This document shows positions 27,240 to 37,587 of a stretch of DNA of 64,000 bases, piece by piece; within the stretch, counting starts at the first letter, position 1; every line of letters begins with the position of its first letter. The position numbers and the translations under genes are program-made. The notes below the pieces were generated by a model that worked only from the letters and a program-made list of their open reading frames with translations, was not told the DNA's origin and searched no databases. The stretch is from a virus (lineage: Duplodnaviria > Caudoviricetes), in the IMG/VR virus record IMGVR_UViG_3300032282_005937, positions 6,881-70,880 of that record. One strand, 5' to 3'.

Positions 27240-29217
27240 TGAAGTAGAAAAAATAATTAAAGAAGTATCAAAACAATATGGTGCTGGTATTGCAATAAAT
27301 GCAAGCGATTTGTTAGATGAAGAAAAGCATGTTATACCGCTTTCACCATCTTTAAATCTTGGTCTGCATGGCGGTATACCAGAAGGTTCTTGGGTCACAT
27401 GTTCTGGTCATCCTAAAAGCGGAAAAGAACAACCTATATCTGCTCTCGTTTACACACCAAACGGCCCTAAACCAATTGGTGAGTTAATGTTAGGCGAGCA
27501 TGTATGTACACATGATGGCAATTCGGCAGAAATTCTTGCTATTTATCCACAAGGTATTAAAGATGTTTATCGAATAAGTTTTTCAGATGGAACATTTGCA
27601 GAGTGTGGATTGGATCATCTTTGGTCAATCAAAACAAAAGACCATAAAGATTTTGTTGTTAGACAACTTAAAGATTTTATTAATGACATTTATTACAAGT
27701 CTGGAAAAGTGGCAAAATACTCTATACCAATTTCTACTCCCGCAATGTTTAATGAAACAACCAAAGAAATTTCTCCATACATCATGGGTATTTTTCTTGG
27801 TGCTGGAATATTTGGTAAAAATTCAACATATGTAACTCTTGAAAAAGATTTAGATATTATGAATGAAATGTCTGATAGCGATAAAAAATATATAGTTTAT
27901 GACAATCAATTCAAAAAAATCTCTGTTAAAAATTCCAATCCTTTTATAAAGCTTGGGCTTTTTAACATTGCAAACAACCAAAAGTTTATTCCCCCAAAAT
28001 ATTTGTTTGATGGCGTTTATAATCGAACAAGATTAATAACTGGCATTTTAAAAGTTGCTGGATATTTAACTAAAGATAAAAGCTTAACCATTACAGTATC
28101 AAGTCAAAGACTTGCAGAAGACATTGTTACATTGGTACAATCTTTAGGTGGAATAGGCAATTATTCTGTCCACAAGAACAAAGACTCAAAAAGATATGTC
28201 TGCATATTAAAACTTAACATTTTACAAAAAAGAAAAAATAAATTTGAAAGAAAAATAATATCTGTAAAAAAAGTAAGAAAAGAAGAGTGTGTTTGTATTA
28301 CTATAAATACAAAAGATGGCTTGTATTTAACCAACAACTTTATAGTTACACACAACACCTTAACCTCACTTTCTTTTGCTGCACAATGTCAAAAACCTGA
28401 GAATGGTGGTAGACATGTGTATTATCTGAACATTGAAGGTCGATTAAAGCCTATGAATCTAAGGGGCATAGCTGGCTTAAATTTAGACAAGATGACAATC
28501 TATAGGTCTACTCAAGATAAGATTCTTTCCGCAAAGGACTACCTAAATTTGGCCTTTAAAGCTATTAATACCCACCCAGGAAGTTTGATCATCATAGATA
28601 GTGTTTCTGCCTTATGTGATGAAAAAGAGATGGATGAGGGTATTGGGTATGAAAATAGAGGGGCTGGCAATAAGCTTTTTGCTGGTTTTTGCAGACAAGC
28701 AGCCAATATAGTGCCAGTACAAAACTGTATTGTTTGGGCGATTATGCATTTAACCCAATCTCAGGGCATGTATGGTGGTTATACAGAAAAAGGTTCTAGA
28801 ACATTACAGTATCAAGCAGATGTTCAAATGAGAGTTAAATTTGATAAAGCTTGGAATGTTGGCATAGAGGGTAAAGAAAAACAAATTGGACAACAGGTTC
28901 ATTGGTTAATTGAATCTTGTGCTTTAGGCTCACCAGGAATGGAAATTGATAGCTATATTCGTTACGGTATTGGTATTGATAATACATATGAAGCTATAAA
29001 TCTTGGTTGTCAGCTTGGTCTTATAGCTAAAGCTGGTGCTTGGATGACACTTGATTTTATGCAAAGACATTTAAAATTGTTAGATTCAAAAGAATGGGAT
29101 GATGCAACAATAAGAAAAGTTAAAACTCAAGGTACAGAAAAGCTTTATAGACTATTACTTGAAAATCCTTTATGGGTAAAAGTTCTTGAGCAAGAAATAA
29201 AAGGTCTTTTATCATGA
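27232..29217 (+). CDS. recA: RecA/UvsX-like recombinase with intein
   Basis: SLNLGL.GGIPEG; split Walker A GHPKSGK|TLT; IIIDSVSAL Walker B; G.GID; AGAW. Confidence 0.9.
   Translation: MSDEVEKIIKEVSKQYGAGIAINASDLLDEEKHVIPLSPSLNLGLHGGIPEGSWVTCSGHPKSGKEQPISALVYTPNGPKPIGELMLGEHVCTHDGNSAEILAIYPQGIKDVYRISFSDGTFAECGLDHLWSIKTKDHKDFVVRQLKDFINDIYYKSGKVAKYSIPISTPAMFNETTKEISPYIMGIFLGAGIFGKNSTYVTLEKDLDIMNEMSDSDKKYIVYDNQFKKISVKNSNPFIKLGLFNIANNQKFIPPKYLFDGVYNRTRLITGILKVAGYLTKDKSLTITVSSQRLAEDIVTLVQSLGGIGNYSVHKNKDSKRYVCILKLNILQKRKNKFERKIISVKKVRKEECVCITINTKDGLYLTNNFIVTHNTLTSLSFAAQCQKPENGGRHVYYLNIEGRLKPMNLRGIAGLNLDKMTIYRSTQDKILSAKDYLNLAFKAINTHPGSLIIIDSVSALCDEKEMDEGIGYENRGAGNKLFAGFCRQAANIVPVQNCIVWAIMHLTQSQGMYGGYTEKGSRTLQYQADVQMRVKFDKAWNVGIEGKEKQIGQQVHWLIESCALGSPGMEIDSYIRYGIGIDNTYEAINLGCQLGLIAKAGAWMTLDFMQRHLKLLDSKEWDDATIRKVKTQGTEKLYRLLLENPLWVKVLEQEIKGLLS
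27427..28356 (+). mobile_element. intein (310 aa, class 3-type, degenerate LAGLIDADG)
   Basis: EQP....V.TP.G block A; ECG.DHLW block B; CVCI block F; IVTHN|T splice junction. Confidence 0.9.
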
Positions 29218-29618
29218 AAATAAAAGGTTTAGATGGAAGAATGCATTCTTGGTCATTTTATGGTCAAATGCCAGATATAAGTGATGAAAGAAAAAGATCG
29301 GAGTTACACATAAGAACTAGGGCATTGCTTAAATCTTTATATCCAGTAGATAGAATACTTGAAGAAGTTCATTTGCCAGGATCTGGAAATTTGTACGCAG
29401 ATTTTTGGTTGCCTTTAAGAAATAAAATGATAGAAGTTCATGGGGAACAGCATTATAAATTTGTTCCATTCTTTCATGGAACACAGCTAAACTTTTTGGC
29501 ATCAAAGGCGAATGACAATAAGAAGAGAGAATGGTGTTTAATCAACGGAATAGTTCTTGTGGAGTTACCATTTAATGAATCAACCGAGCAGTGGCAATCA
29601 AGAATTGAGCTTGACTGA
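29214..29618 (+). CDS. PD-(D/E)xK / Vsr-like endonuclease
   Basis: LYADFWLP...IEVHGEQHY...D..K..WC..NGI. Confidence 0.7.
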   Translation: MKIKGLDGRMHSWSFYGQMPDISDERKRSELHIRTRALLKSLYPVDRILEEVHLPGSGNLYADFWLPLRNKMIEVHGEQHYKFVPFFHGTQLNFLASKANDNKKREWCLINGIVLVELPFNESTEQWQSRIELD

Positions 29619-30084
29619 AGAACAAAAGATTGATCTTGCTTTAGAAAAATATGAATTGACCATTGGCTTAACACCAATTCCTTCTGATAAAGAATTCACA
29701 TGCATAAAGTACCTATACTTATCGCAGGATGATTTATCAAAAATGAGCAGCGAACAATGCTCAGAGTCATGTGTTTTACTTAATAGCTTTTCTTTTCACA
29801 TAAGTAGAGTTATAAACAAAGAAAAAACAAAACTAAGATGGTGCAATGAAAAGATTTTAAGTGTTATAGCGAACAATCTTTCAGACTACAGATATTTTTC
29901 AGCAGAAGAAAGAATGGCTTTGTGCATAAAAGACAATGATTATGCAAAAAAAATAAAAAAACTTTCTACTTTAATACAAGCAAGAATAGATAGAATTGAA
30001 TATTTACCGATTAGACTTGAAAAAGTTGCTGAATCTTTGTCAAATTTAGCTTATTCAAAAAGGAGAAATAATGAATCTCGTTAA
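29611..30084 (+). CDS. hypothetical coiled-coil protein
   Basis: Helical ORF in the replication module; start uncertain. Confidence 0.5.
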   Translation: MTEEQKIDLALEKYELTIGLTPIPSDKEFTCIKYLYLSQDDLSKMSSEQCSESCVLLNSFSFHISRVINKEKTKLRWCNEKILSVIANNLSDYRYFSAEERMALCIKDNDYAKKIKKLSTLIQARIDRIEYLPIRLEKVAESLSNLAYSKRRNNESR

Positions 30085-30499
30085 TATGTTAAAAACGGCA
30101 GTTGGAAAAAAGGATTGGGCATTAGTGTCAAAAGCGTTGGATATTTTAGCTGGCGATGAAGAATTTGTTGTTCTAACACATCAACCATCAACTCCAGCTA
30201 AACAAGTTAATTTTTCATCCAACAAAGCCTCTGTCAGTAGTAAATCTTTAGTTCCACCAACAGCCAATAAGTTTGTTGATGATTTAACACTTGAATCGGG
30301 CTTCATAGAAAAGAATCAAAAGCCTTCTAACAAAAGCTATAGACAACCATTTAAAGAAGGTGATCATTTTTGTGAGGTAAAATGTTCTAGGTGTGGATGC
30401 GGTATGAAGGTAACAAAAGAAGAACACAAGTTTAGAACAATTGATTCTGAGTCAGCACCATTTACATGCATTAAGTGCATTAGAAATTCGAGTAGATAA
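30071..30499 (+). CDS. zinc-ribbon hypothetical protein
   Basis: CSRC...CIKC at the C-terminus; AGGAG SD. Confidence 0.55.
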   Translation: MNLVNMLKTAVGKKDWALVSKALDILAGDEEFVVLTHQPSTPAKQVNFSSNKASVSSKSLVPPTANKFVDDLTLESGFIEKNQKPSNKSYRQPFKEGDHFCEVKCSRCGCGMKVTKEEHKFRTIDSESAPFTCIKCIRNSSR

Positions 30500-31962
30500 T
30501 GAACGATGTTGCATCTGAAAGAGTTATATTGGCTGCTCTTTTTCAAAAGGGTTATGATTGCTATATTGAAATTTGCGATATTGTTGATGAGAACAGTTTC
30601 AGTTCTGATGAAACATCTGCGATATATAAATGCTTGGTAAAAATAGTAAATGAAAAAGATTCAAAAGCCGATATACCATCAATTATAGCTGTAGCAAATT
30701 CTTTAAAAATACAGCAGTTTTTTCAAAAAGATGATCAAGCTAAGTATCTTAGATCTTTAACGCTATTGCCAGTTGAAATAGTTAATGCTAAAAAAGCAGC
30801 AGCAAAATTAAAAAAGATGCAAATTGCTAAGACTTTAGCGTACAACTTATCTAATTGTGCAACTGAATTGTTGAGTATGACAGGAGATGAGCCTATTTCA
30901 CAAATAGTTTCTCTTGCAGAAGCAACTGTATTAGATCAAACTTTTAAAATTTCAAACGCAGAAGACCCAAGCCCAAAAGAAATATCTGAAGGTTTAGATG
31001 ATTATGTAAAATTTCTAGAAGATAATCCAATATCTCAACTTGGTATTTCATCAGGCTTTAAAGTTTACGATAGGGCTATTGGGGGCGGTCTTAGGCCAGG
31101 AACAGTTAATTTGATTGGTGCAAGAATGAAAACAGGCAAATCATTTTTTGCAGACAATGTTGCAATGAATGTTGCTAAACAAGGCATACCTGTCTTAATG
31201 TTTGATACTGAAATGACAGCGAAAGATCATTGGCATAGACTATTGGCTTGTATTGGAAATATTAAAATTGAAGAAATTGAAAATGGATCTTTTTCAAAAG
31301 ATTCTTCAAAAAAGAAAAGGGTTTATGATGCTTCAAAAGCATTGAAAGATATGCCATTCAAGTATAAGTCTATTGCTGGAAAAAGCTTTGATGAAGTTTT
31401 AAGCCTTGCCAGAAGATGGGTTATAAAAGATGTTGGACTAGATGATTTTGGTAAAGCAAAACCATGTTTAATAGTTCTAGATTATATAAAACTAATGGAT
31501 GATGGAACAATATCAAAAAATATTGCTGAATATCAAGCTTTAGGTTTTTTAATGACAAGCCTTCACAATTTTATGGTTCAGTATGGCGTTGCTTGTTTAG
31601 CCTTCACTCAATTAAATAGAGATGGTATAACAAGAGAAGACACAGATGTTGCGTCAGGCTCCGATAGAATTTTGTGGTTGTGTAGTAATTTTTCAATCTA
31701 TAAGCGTAAAACAGAAGAGGAAATGGCAGATGAAAGCGTTTCAGACAATAATATCTCATACAACTTAAAACTCATACCAGTTGTTGCAAGACATGGTAAA
31801 GGTATTGATGCTGGTGATTACATCAACATATCTGGTAACTATGAGTACGGCAGAATAACAGAAGGTCCAACTAGGAATGAATTTTACAAACTTAGATCAA
31901 CAAGAATTAATAATGGCTTTCAAATAGAGGAATTACCAGATGAAATCTCAGGAACAAATTGA
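30499..31962 (+). CDS. dnaB: replicative DNA helicase
   Basis: SG...D..IGGGL, GARMKTGKS, DTEM, LDYIKL, TQLNR. Confidence 0.9.
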   Translation: MNDVASERVILAALFQKGYDCYIEICDIVDENSFSSDETSAIYKCLVKIVNEKDSKADIPSIIAVANSLKIQQFFQKDDQAKYLRSLTLLPVEIVNAKKAAAKLKKMQIAKTLAYNLSNCATELLSMTGDEPISQIVSLAEATVLDQTFKISNAEDPSPKEISEGLDDYVKFLEDNPISQLGISSGFKVYDRAIGGGLRPGTVNLIGARMKTGKSFFADNVAMNVAKQGIPVLMFDTEMTAKDHWHRLLACIGNIKIEEIENGSFSKDSSKKKRVYDASKALKDMPFKYKSIAGKSFDEVLSLARRWVIKDVGLDDFGKAKPCLIVLDYIKLMDDGTISKNIAEYQALGFLMTSLHNFMVQYGVACLAFTQLNRDGITREDTDVASGSDRILWLCSNFSIYKRKTEEEMADESVSDNNISYNLKLIPVVARHGKGIDAGDYINISGNYEYGRITEGPTRNEFYKLRSTRINNGFQIEELPDEISGTN

Positions 31963-33055
31963 TTTTAAATTAGCAAATAAAATAATTTCAAAAAATATAG
32001 ATGTTGTTTTAAACCACTTCAATATTGAATTAAATTATACGGATGCCTATCTTTCTGGCCCATGCCCAATACATGGTGGAGATAATAAAACTGCGTTTAA
32101 TATTTTTACATCTGGTAATACGCATGTTGGAAACTGGATATGTTACACGCATCATTGTGAAAAAAACTTTATTAATAACAGCATTGGTTTTATTAGAGGT
32201 TTAATAAGCCATAGTAAATATAACTGGTCAAAAGCTGGAGATAAAATAGCATCATTTGCAGAAACATTGTACTTAATAAAAAGTCTGTATGATTTTTCAA
32301 TTGATGATAAATTATCTACAAATAAAACTAAAAACATATTAGAGTCTTCGGCATTTACAAAGACCACAAAAGAAAAACAAGATAAGTGGAGTAAGACTTC
32401 TGTAAGATCAAGCTTATCAATACCATCTAAATATTATCTTTCTAGGGGTTATACTGAAGAATGTTTAAATAATTATGACATAGGAGAATCTAATTCTTCT
32501 GTTGGGATATTTAAAGATAGGGTAGTTGTTCCAGTGTATGACACAGATGGAAAGTTTATAGTCGGTTTCACAGGAAGAACAAAGTATAAAAAGTGTGAGG
32601 CATGTAAACACTATCATGAACAAGAAGCTAGTTGCAATGGTTATGTTCATATGTCTAAGTGGTGTCACAACAAAGGATTTTCTAAAAAAGACTATTTATA
32701 CAATTATAATTTTGCAATTGAATCCATTAAAAAAACTGGCGTTGCCATACTGGTAGAAGGACCAGGAGATGTTTGGAGAATTTCTGAATCTGGAATTAAA
32801 AATTCATTAGCTGTATTTGGATCATCTTTAACAGATGCACAACAGATTTTATTAGAGTCATCTGGAGCTTTGTACTTAATTTTGTTATTTGACTCAGATG
32901 AGGCTGGTTTAAAAGCTGGCAATAATATAGAATCTTCTCTTGGCAGAATGTTCAAAATAATTAAGCCAAAATTACCTAATGGGTTTAAAGATATTGGTGA
33001 GATGAGTGTGGATGATGTTAAAAGTTTTTTACTCCCTATTATGGAAAAGCTGTGA
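31940..33055 (+). CDS. dnaG: DNA primase
   Basis: CPIH zinc finger, F.DR..VP...G.IVGF.GR, LVEGPGD, FDSDEAG (TOPRIM), KD.GE. Confidence 0.9.
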   Translation: MKSQEQIDFKLANKIISKNIDVVLNHFNIELNYTDAYLSGPCPIHGGDNKTAFNIFTSGNTHVGNWICYTHHCEKNFINNSIGFIRGLISHSKYNWSKAGDKIASFAETLYLIKSLYDFSIDDKLSTNKTKNILESSAFTKTTKEKQDKWSKTSVRSSLSIPSKYYLSRGYTEECLNNYDIGESNSSVGIFKDRVVVPVYDTDGKFIVGFTGRTKYKKCEACKHYHEQEASCNGYVHMSKWCHNKGFSKKDYLYNYNFAIESIKKTGVAILVEGPGDVWRISESGIKNSLAVFGSSLTDAQQILLESSGALYLILLFDSDEAGLKAGNNIESSLGRMFKIIKPKLPNGFKDIGEMSVDDVKSFLLPIMEKL

Positions 33056-33699
33056 TACAAAAAATAATTGGGTTTTCTGGAAAAAAGGGTTCTGGCAAAG
33101 ATACTATTGCTGGATTTCTTTCATTTAATTCTGTTGCTCTTTTTGGTTGTAGATCAGCTATTTATTCTTTTGCACAACCAATGAAAAAAATAGCTATTGA
33201 TTTTTTTGGCTTAAGGCACAAACAAGTCTTTGGATCATTTGAAGATAAAAAAACTTTGACAAACTATTCATGGGAAGACCTGCCACATTACGAAGAAATT
33301 AAAATTGGAAAAGAAGTAGTTCCAACAGGCAAAATGACAGCTAGAGAATTTTTGCAGGAATTTGGAACTGGTATAGCCAGAAGAATGTGCAAAGACATAC
33401 ATATAAATGCTTGTTTTAACGAAATAAGAAATGGTCATTGTCCATTGAATTTTATTACCGATGCAAGATTTGAAAATGAAATAGATAGCATTAAAGCAAA
33501 AGGTGGAATTGTTATAAGATTAACAAAAAGCACTGAAGATGATTACCATATAAGCGAAAATGAATTGGATAATAGTGAAAAATTTGATATTGTTTTAGAC
33601 AATCAAAAAATGACAAAAGAAGAACAAAAAGTAGAAATTTTAAAAATTCTTAAGAAATTAGATTGGATAAAGAGTGATTATAACTTACTTAAGGTCTAG
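33052..33699 (+). CDS. deoxynucleoside monophosphate kinase
   Basis: GFSGKKGSGKDT, SFA.P.K, TAREFLQ.FGT, ITDARFENE, H.SE. Confidence 0.85.
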   Translation: MIQKIIGFSGKKGSGKDTIAGFLSFNSVALFGCRSAIYSFAQPMKKIAIDFFGLRHKQVFGSFEDKKTLTNYSWEDLPHYEEIKIGKEVVPTGKMTAREFLQEFGTGIARRMCKDIHINACFNEIRNGHCPLNFITDARFENEIDSIKAKGGIVIRLTKSTEDDYHISENELDNSEKFDIVLDNQKMTKEEQKVEILKILKKLDWIKSDYNLLKV

Positions 33700-34702
33700 T
33701 TCTGTATCATCATACTCTTGGTGTCAGCACAAGTATTGGTTGACCTATAATCTTGGCTTTAAAGATGACTCCAATAAAAAGGCAGAAAAGGGTAATGTCG
33801 TACATAAAGGTTTAGAATTGTTGGCAAATAAAAAGCTTTGCCTACAAAATGGAACAATTTCATTTTCTGATTCTGAATTAGGCATGGAATTTATAACATC
33901 AGAAATGTCACCAGAAACAGCAATATTGGCTGGCTTCAATCATTATAAAAACAAAAGCACACATGAGTGGACAGATGTTGATTTTAAAGAATGCACTAAA
34001 TGGTTGTGGGATGTTCTATTATTTAATAATGGCATGTTTTCACCATTAACCAGAAATATTGTTATGCCAGAACAGTATTTTGATATTGAAATTGATAAGC
34101 CTTGGGCAAATTATGATTATTTTCTTCCAGATGGGCAAATAATTTCTGGAAAGTTGCGAATAAAAGGAACTATGGACTTAATAACAAGGGTTGATTCAAA
34201 AACAGTAGAGTATGTTGATTGGAAAACAGGAGAAAGAAAAAATTGGTCAACAGGAAAAGAGAAGGGTTATGATGATTTGTACAATGATTTTCAGCTTAGA
34301 TTGTACCATTATGCTTTAAATGAATTGTACCCAAATGAAAATATGATAATTATGACAATATTTTTTGTTAAAGCTGGTGGACCATTTTCTTTATGTTTTC
34401 AAAAAGAAGACATAAAAACAACTGAAGAAATGATAAAAAAAGAATTTGAAAAAATTAAGAATTGCAATAGACCATCAAGAATAATAGACTATGGAAAAGA
34501 TAAATGGAAATGCATTAGACTTTGCAGTTTCTATAAAGAAAAACATAAGGATTCTGAAAATGAATCGATATGTGATCATATGCATCAAGAGTTAATACAA
34601 CTTGGTATTAATAATGCGTATGTTAAACACGCCAAAAAAGATACCGTAAAATCTTATGGCGATGGTGGTGGTCAATCTAATAGGGAGAATCAAAATGGCT
34701 GA
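33674..34702 (+). CDS. Cas4/RecB-like PD-(D/E)xK exonuclease
   Basis: S..S.Y..C..KY, G..VH, GTMDL...DWKTG, QL.LY, C-terminal Cys cluster. Confidence 0.8.
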   Translation: MIITYLRSSSVSSYSWCQHKYWLTYNLGFKDDSNKKAEKGNVVHKGLELLANKKLCLQNGTISFSDSELGMEFITSEMSPETAILAGFNHYKNKSTHEWTDVDFKECTKWLWDVLLFNNGMFSPLTRNIVMPEQYFDIEIDKPWANYDYFLPDGQIISGKLRIKGTMDLITRVDSKTVEYVDWKTGERKNWSTGKEKGYDDLYNDFQLRLYHYALNELYPNENMIIMTIFFVKAGGPFSLCFQKEDIKTTEEMIKKEFEKIKNCNRPSRIIDYGKDKWKCIRLCSFYKEKHKDSENESICDHMHQELIQLGINNAYVKHAKKDTVKSYGDGGGQSNRENQNG

Positions 34703-35393
34703 TTGGAGATGGGAAGATATTGTTTTTACCAACAAAAAAGAAGAAGTTGGAACAACACCAACTGTTAAACCAGAAATTGTTGAATATCAGCCTAAGTACA
34801 ATGGCGAAAAAGTTCTTGTCATTAAAACTGATTTATTAAAAGATGATTCGTTTCAAGGATTCATTACTGGAATTGAAGCAAAAAATTTACGAGATAAAAT
34901 TCTTTCGACAGACAATATGTTTTATATTGATCGTGATATTGCAGAAAACGATAAATCTTATAAACAAGTTATACCATACTGTTTGATCAATCGTGGAGAT
35001 TCAACATTTTGTTATCAAAGGTCTAAAAAAGGATCTGAGAACAGATTGCATGATTTATGGTCATTGGGTGTTGGTGGGCATATTAATCCATGCGATGGAT
35101 TAGATGCAGAAACTATTACTAATGCATGTAAAAGAGAAGTTGAAGAAGAAGTAGAGTTTTCAAATTTGAAAAATGCACACTTTGTAGGATTGATAAACGA
35201 TGATTCAAATGATGTAAGCTCTGTTCATTTTGGAGTTGTTTATAGTGTTAATCTTCAAGATCATTCAGCTTTTAAAGTTAAAGAAGAAGCATTGACAGAA
35301 GGTTCTTTTGTTAAAAAAGAAATTGTTAAAGTTGAAGAAAAGAACTGGGAAAATTGGTCTAGTTTAATTGTAAAAGAATATTTAAGAAAGTAA
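34695..35393 (+). CDS. NUDIX-family phosphoesterase
   Basis: AE.D.SYKQ.IPY, E.RLH...SLG.GGHIN, RE.EEE, G.INDD...V..VHFG. Confidence 0.8.
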   Translation: MADWRWEDIVFTNKKEEVGTTPTVKPEIVEYQPKYNGEKVLVIKTDLLKDDSFQGFITGIEAKNLRDKILSTDNMFYIDRDIAENDKSYKQVIPYCLINRGDSTFCYQRSKKGSENRLHDLWSLGVGGHINPCDGLDAETITNACKREVEEEVEFSNLKNAHFVGLINDDSNDVSSVHFGVVYSVNLQDHSAFKVKEEALTEGSFVKKEIVKVEEKNWENWSSLIVKEYLRK

Positions 35394-35411
35394 AATTTTT
35401 AGGAACAGCAC

Positions 35412-37325
35412 ATGAATAATTGGACAGCACTACATTGTCATTCTCATTACAGTCTTTTAGATGGTTTAACAAAGCCAGAATCTATGGCAAAAAGAGCCAA
35501 AAGCCTTGGACACAAGTCTATAGCTCTTACTGATCATGGAACTATTTCTGGCTCTATTTCTTTTAATAAGGCATGTGTTGCAGAAGAAATAAAACCAATA
35601 ATAGGATGCGAGTTTTACATATGTAATCAAAGTGCTTTAATTCATGATAAAACTAATTCTAAAAATTCTCATTTGTGCGTTCTTGCTAAAAATATTTCTG
35701 GCTGGTCTGAGCTTATAAAGCTATCATCTTTATCAAATAATAAAGATTATTTTTATTATAAGCCTAGACTAAGCTTGGAAGATTTTGCACCATACTCAAA
35801 AAACCTAATAGCATTCTCTGGACACCCAGGAACCCAATTGGCTAGATGCATTTTTCCAGATGAAGCATATAAATGTTCTAGTCCAGAAGAAGCAAGAGCT
35901 TTAATTAAAGATGATTGGTTTGAAGAGTCTAAAAAGCTATGTTCTAAACACCAAGATATTTTTGGCAAAGAGAACTTTTTTATTGAAATACAACTTTTTG
36001 ATAAAGACAATCTACACTGTTCTGTAGTTCTTGCTGAATGTCTTAGAAAACTATCTAAAGAAACAGGTATTAAGGCAATAGCTACTCCTGATGCTCATTA
36101 CGCTAAACAAGAGGATGCTTCTGATCAAAGAATAATCTTGTGTGCATCTATGGAAACAACTCTTTCTAAAGTAAGGTCGTCTTTAGATAAACACGAAGAT
36201 TTTGGATTATCTAGTTTCTTTAAATCAAATAGATATTACATTCCATCTACTGAAGAGATTTTAGCCCTTCATGAACCAGAAGAATTAAAAAACTGTTTGT
36301 TGATTGAAGAGATGTGCGAGAATTATTCTTTAACAAAAAAGTCGGTTCTTCCAAGTTTTGAATGTCCAGAAAGTAAAAATGAACACGATTATTTAAGAGA
36401 GCTTTGCAGAAATGGTTGGAAAGAAAAGTTTTCAGATTTAGAAAAAGATTCATCAAAGTTTGAAAATTATGTTGCAAGAATTAAAAATGAGCTTTCTGTT
36501 ATAGGCGATGCTGGTCTTGAAGGTTACTTTTTAATTGTTCAAGATTATTGTAATTGGGCTAGAAAACAAGGATGGTTAACAGGAAGAGGGCGTGGATCAG
36601 GTGCTGGTTGTATGGTTTCTTATTTGCTTGGAATAACTCAAGTAGATCCAATTGAGCACAATTTAGTTTTTGAGCGTTTCTACAATGCTGGAAGAAATGT
36701 TCCAGGTCATGTAAGTCTTCCCGATATAGATTGTGATTTTCCAATTACAAAAAGAGACAAGGTTATTGACTATATTAAATCAAAGTATAACGAAGAAAAT
36801 GTTTCGCAAATGATAACATACAGTAGGATGCAGGGCAGGGGTGCTTTAAAAGATGTGTTAAGGGCACATGGTTTTTCGTTTGATGAAAGTAATGCTATTA
36901 CAAAAAATATACCTGATGAAGCTGAAATATCTGAACAGCTTCAAGAAATGAAGGAAGATGGTGGAGAATCATCAATCATTGGTTGGGCATTAGAAAATAT
37001 CCCTTCAAAGCTTAAAGATTATTGCGAGATAGACGAACAAGGTAACATAACAGGAAAGTTGTCAAAAGAGTTTTCACAAGCGATTAGACTTGAAGGAACT
37101 AAGCGTAGTCAAGGAAAACATGCTGCTGGAATTGTTATAAGTCACACTCCCTTAAAAGATATTTGCCCTATGATCTATGATAAAAAGAATAAGCAAATGA
37201 TTGCTGGTCTTGAAATGTCAGATCTTGAATCAATTGGTTTAGTTAAGTTTGATATTTTGGGAGTTGCTGTTTTAGATAAAATAATGGGCTGTATAAATTT
37301 ATTGAAAGGAAAAGAAAATGAGTGA
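35412..37325 (+). CDS. dnaE: DNA polymerase III alpha, N-terminal part (PHP + palm/thumb)
   Basis: LHCHSHYSLLDG, ALTDHG, GRGSGAG, FERF, PDIDCDF, HAAG.VI, KFDILG. Confidence 0.9.
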   Translation: MNNWTALHCHSHYSLLDGLTKPESMAKRAKSLGHKSIALTDHGTISGSISFNKACVAEEIKPIIGCEFYICNQSALIHDKTNSKNSHLCVLAKNISGWSELIKLSSLSNNKDYFYYKPRLSLEDFAPYSKNLIAFSGHPGTQLARCIFPDEAYKCSSPEEARALIKDDWFEESKKLCSKHQDIFGKENFFIEIQLFDKDNLHCSVVLAECLRKLSKETGIKAIATPDAHYAKQEDASDQRIILCASMETTLSKVRSSLDKHEDFGLSSFFKSNRYYIPSTEEILALHEPEELKNCLLIEEMCENYSLTKKSVLPSFECPESKNEHDYLRELCRNGWKEKFSDLEKDSSKFENYVARIKNELSVIGDAGLEGYFLIVQDYCNWARKQGWLTGRGRGSGAGCMVSYLLGITQVDPIEHNLVFERFYNAGRNVPGHVSLPDIDCDFPITKRDKVIDYIKSKYNEENVSQMITYSRMQGRGALKDVLRAHGFSFDESNAITKNIPDEAEISEQLQEMKEDGGESSIIGWALENIPSKLKDYCEIDEQGNITGKLSKEFSQAIRLEGTKRSQGKHAAGIVISHTPLKDICPMIYDKKNKQMIAGLEMSDLESIGLVKFDILGVAVLDKIMGCINLLKGKENE

Positions 37326-37587
37326 AAAAGAAGAAATTGAATTAATAGCAAAACTAGTATCTCAACAAATGGGATTAGTTCAAGCTGTATCAGAATGTCA
37401 AAATTCAAAAAATCAACTTTCTTTACAATTTATAAAAATACTTAAAGCAATTGTTCTAAAAAACAACGGTAGTTTTATTATAGAAAAAGAATTTTTTGAG
37501 TCTGCTGATGACAATGATTTTAAATTAGATATCACAACTGATGATGAAGAATCAATCGTTTTACAATTTTTAGAGAATGAGGAATAA
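37318..37587 (+). CDS. hypothetical acidic protein between the DnaE halves
   Basis: Coupled ORF. Confidence 0.55.
   Translation: MSEKEEIELIAKLVSQQMGLVQAVSECQNSKNQLSLQFIKILKAIVLKNNGSFIIEKEFFESADDNDFKLDITTDDEESIVLQFLENEE

Noticed and set aside
33674-34702. Cas4-like nuclease as evidence of CRISPR-Cas
   Set aside because: No repeat-spacer array or other cas genes; stand-alone Cas4-like exonucleases are common in phage replication modules.
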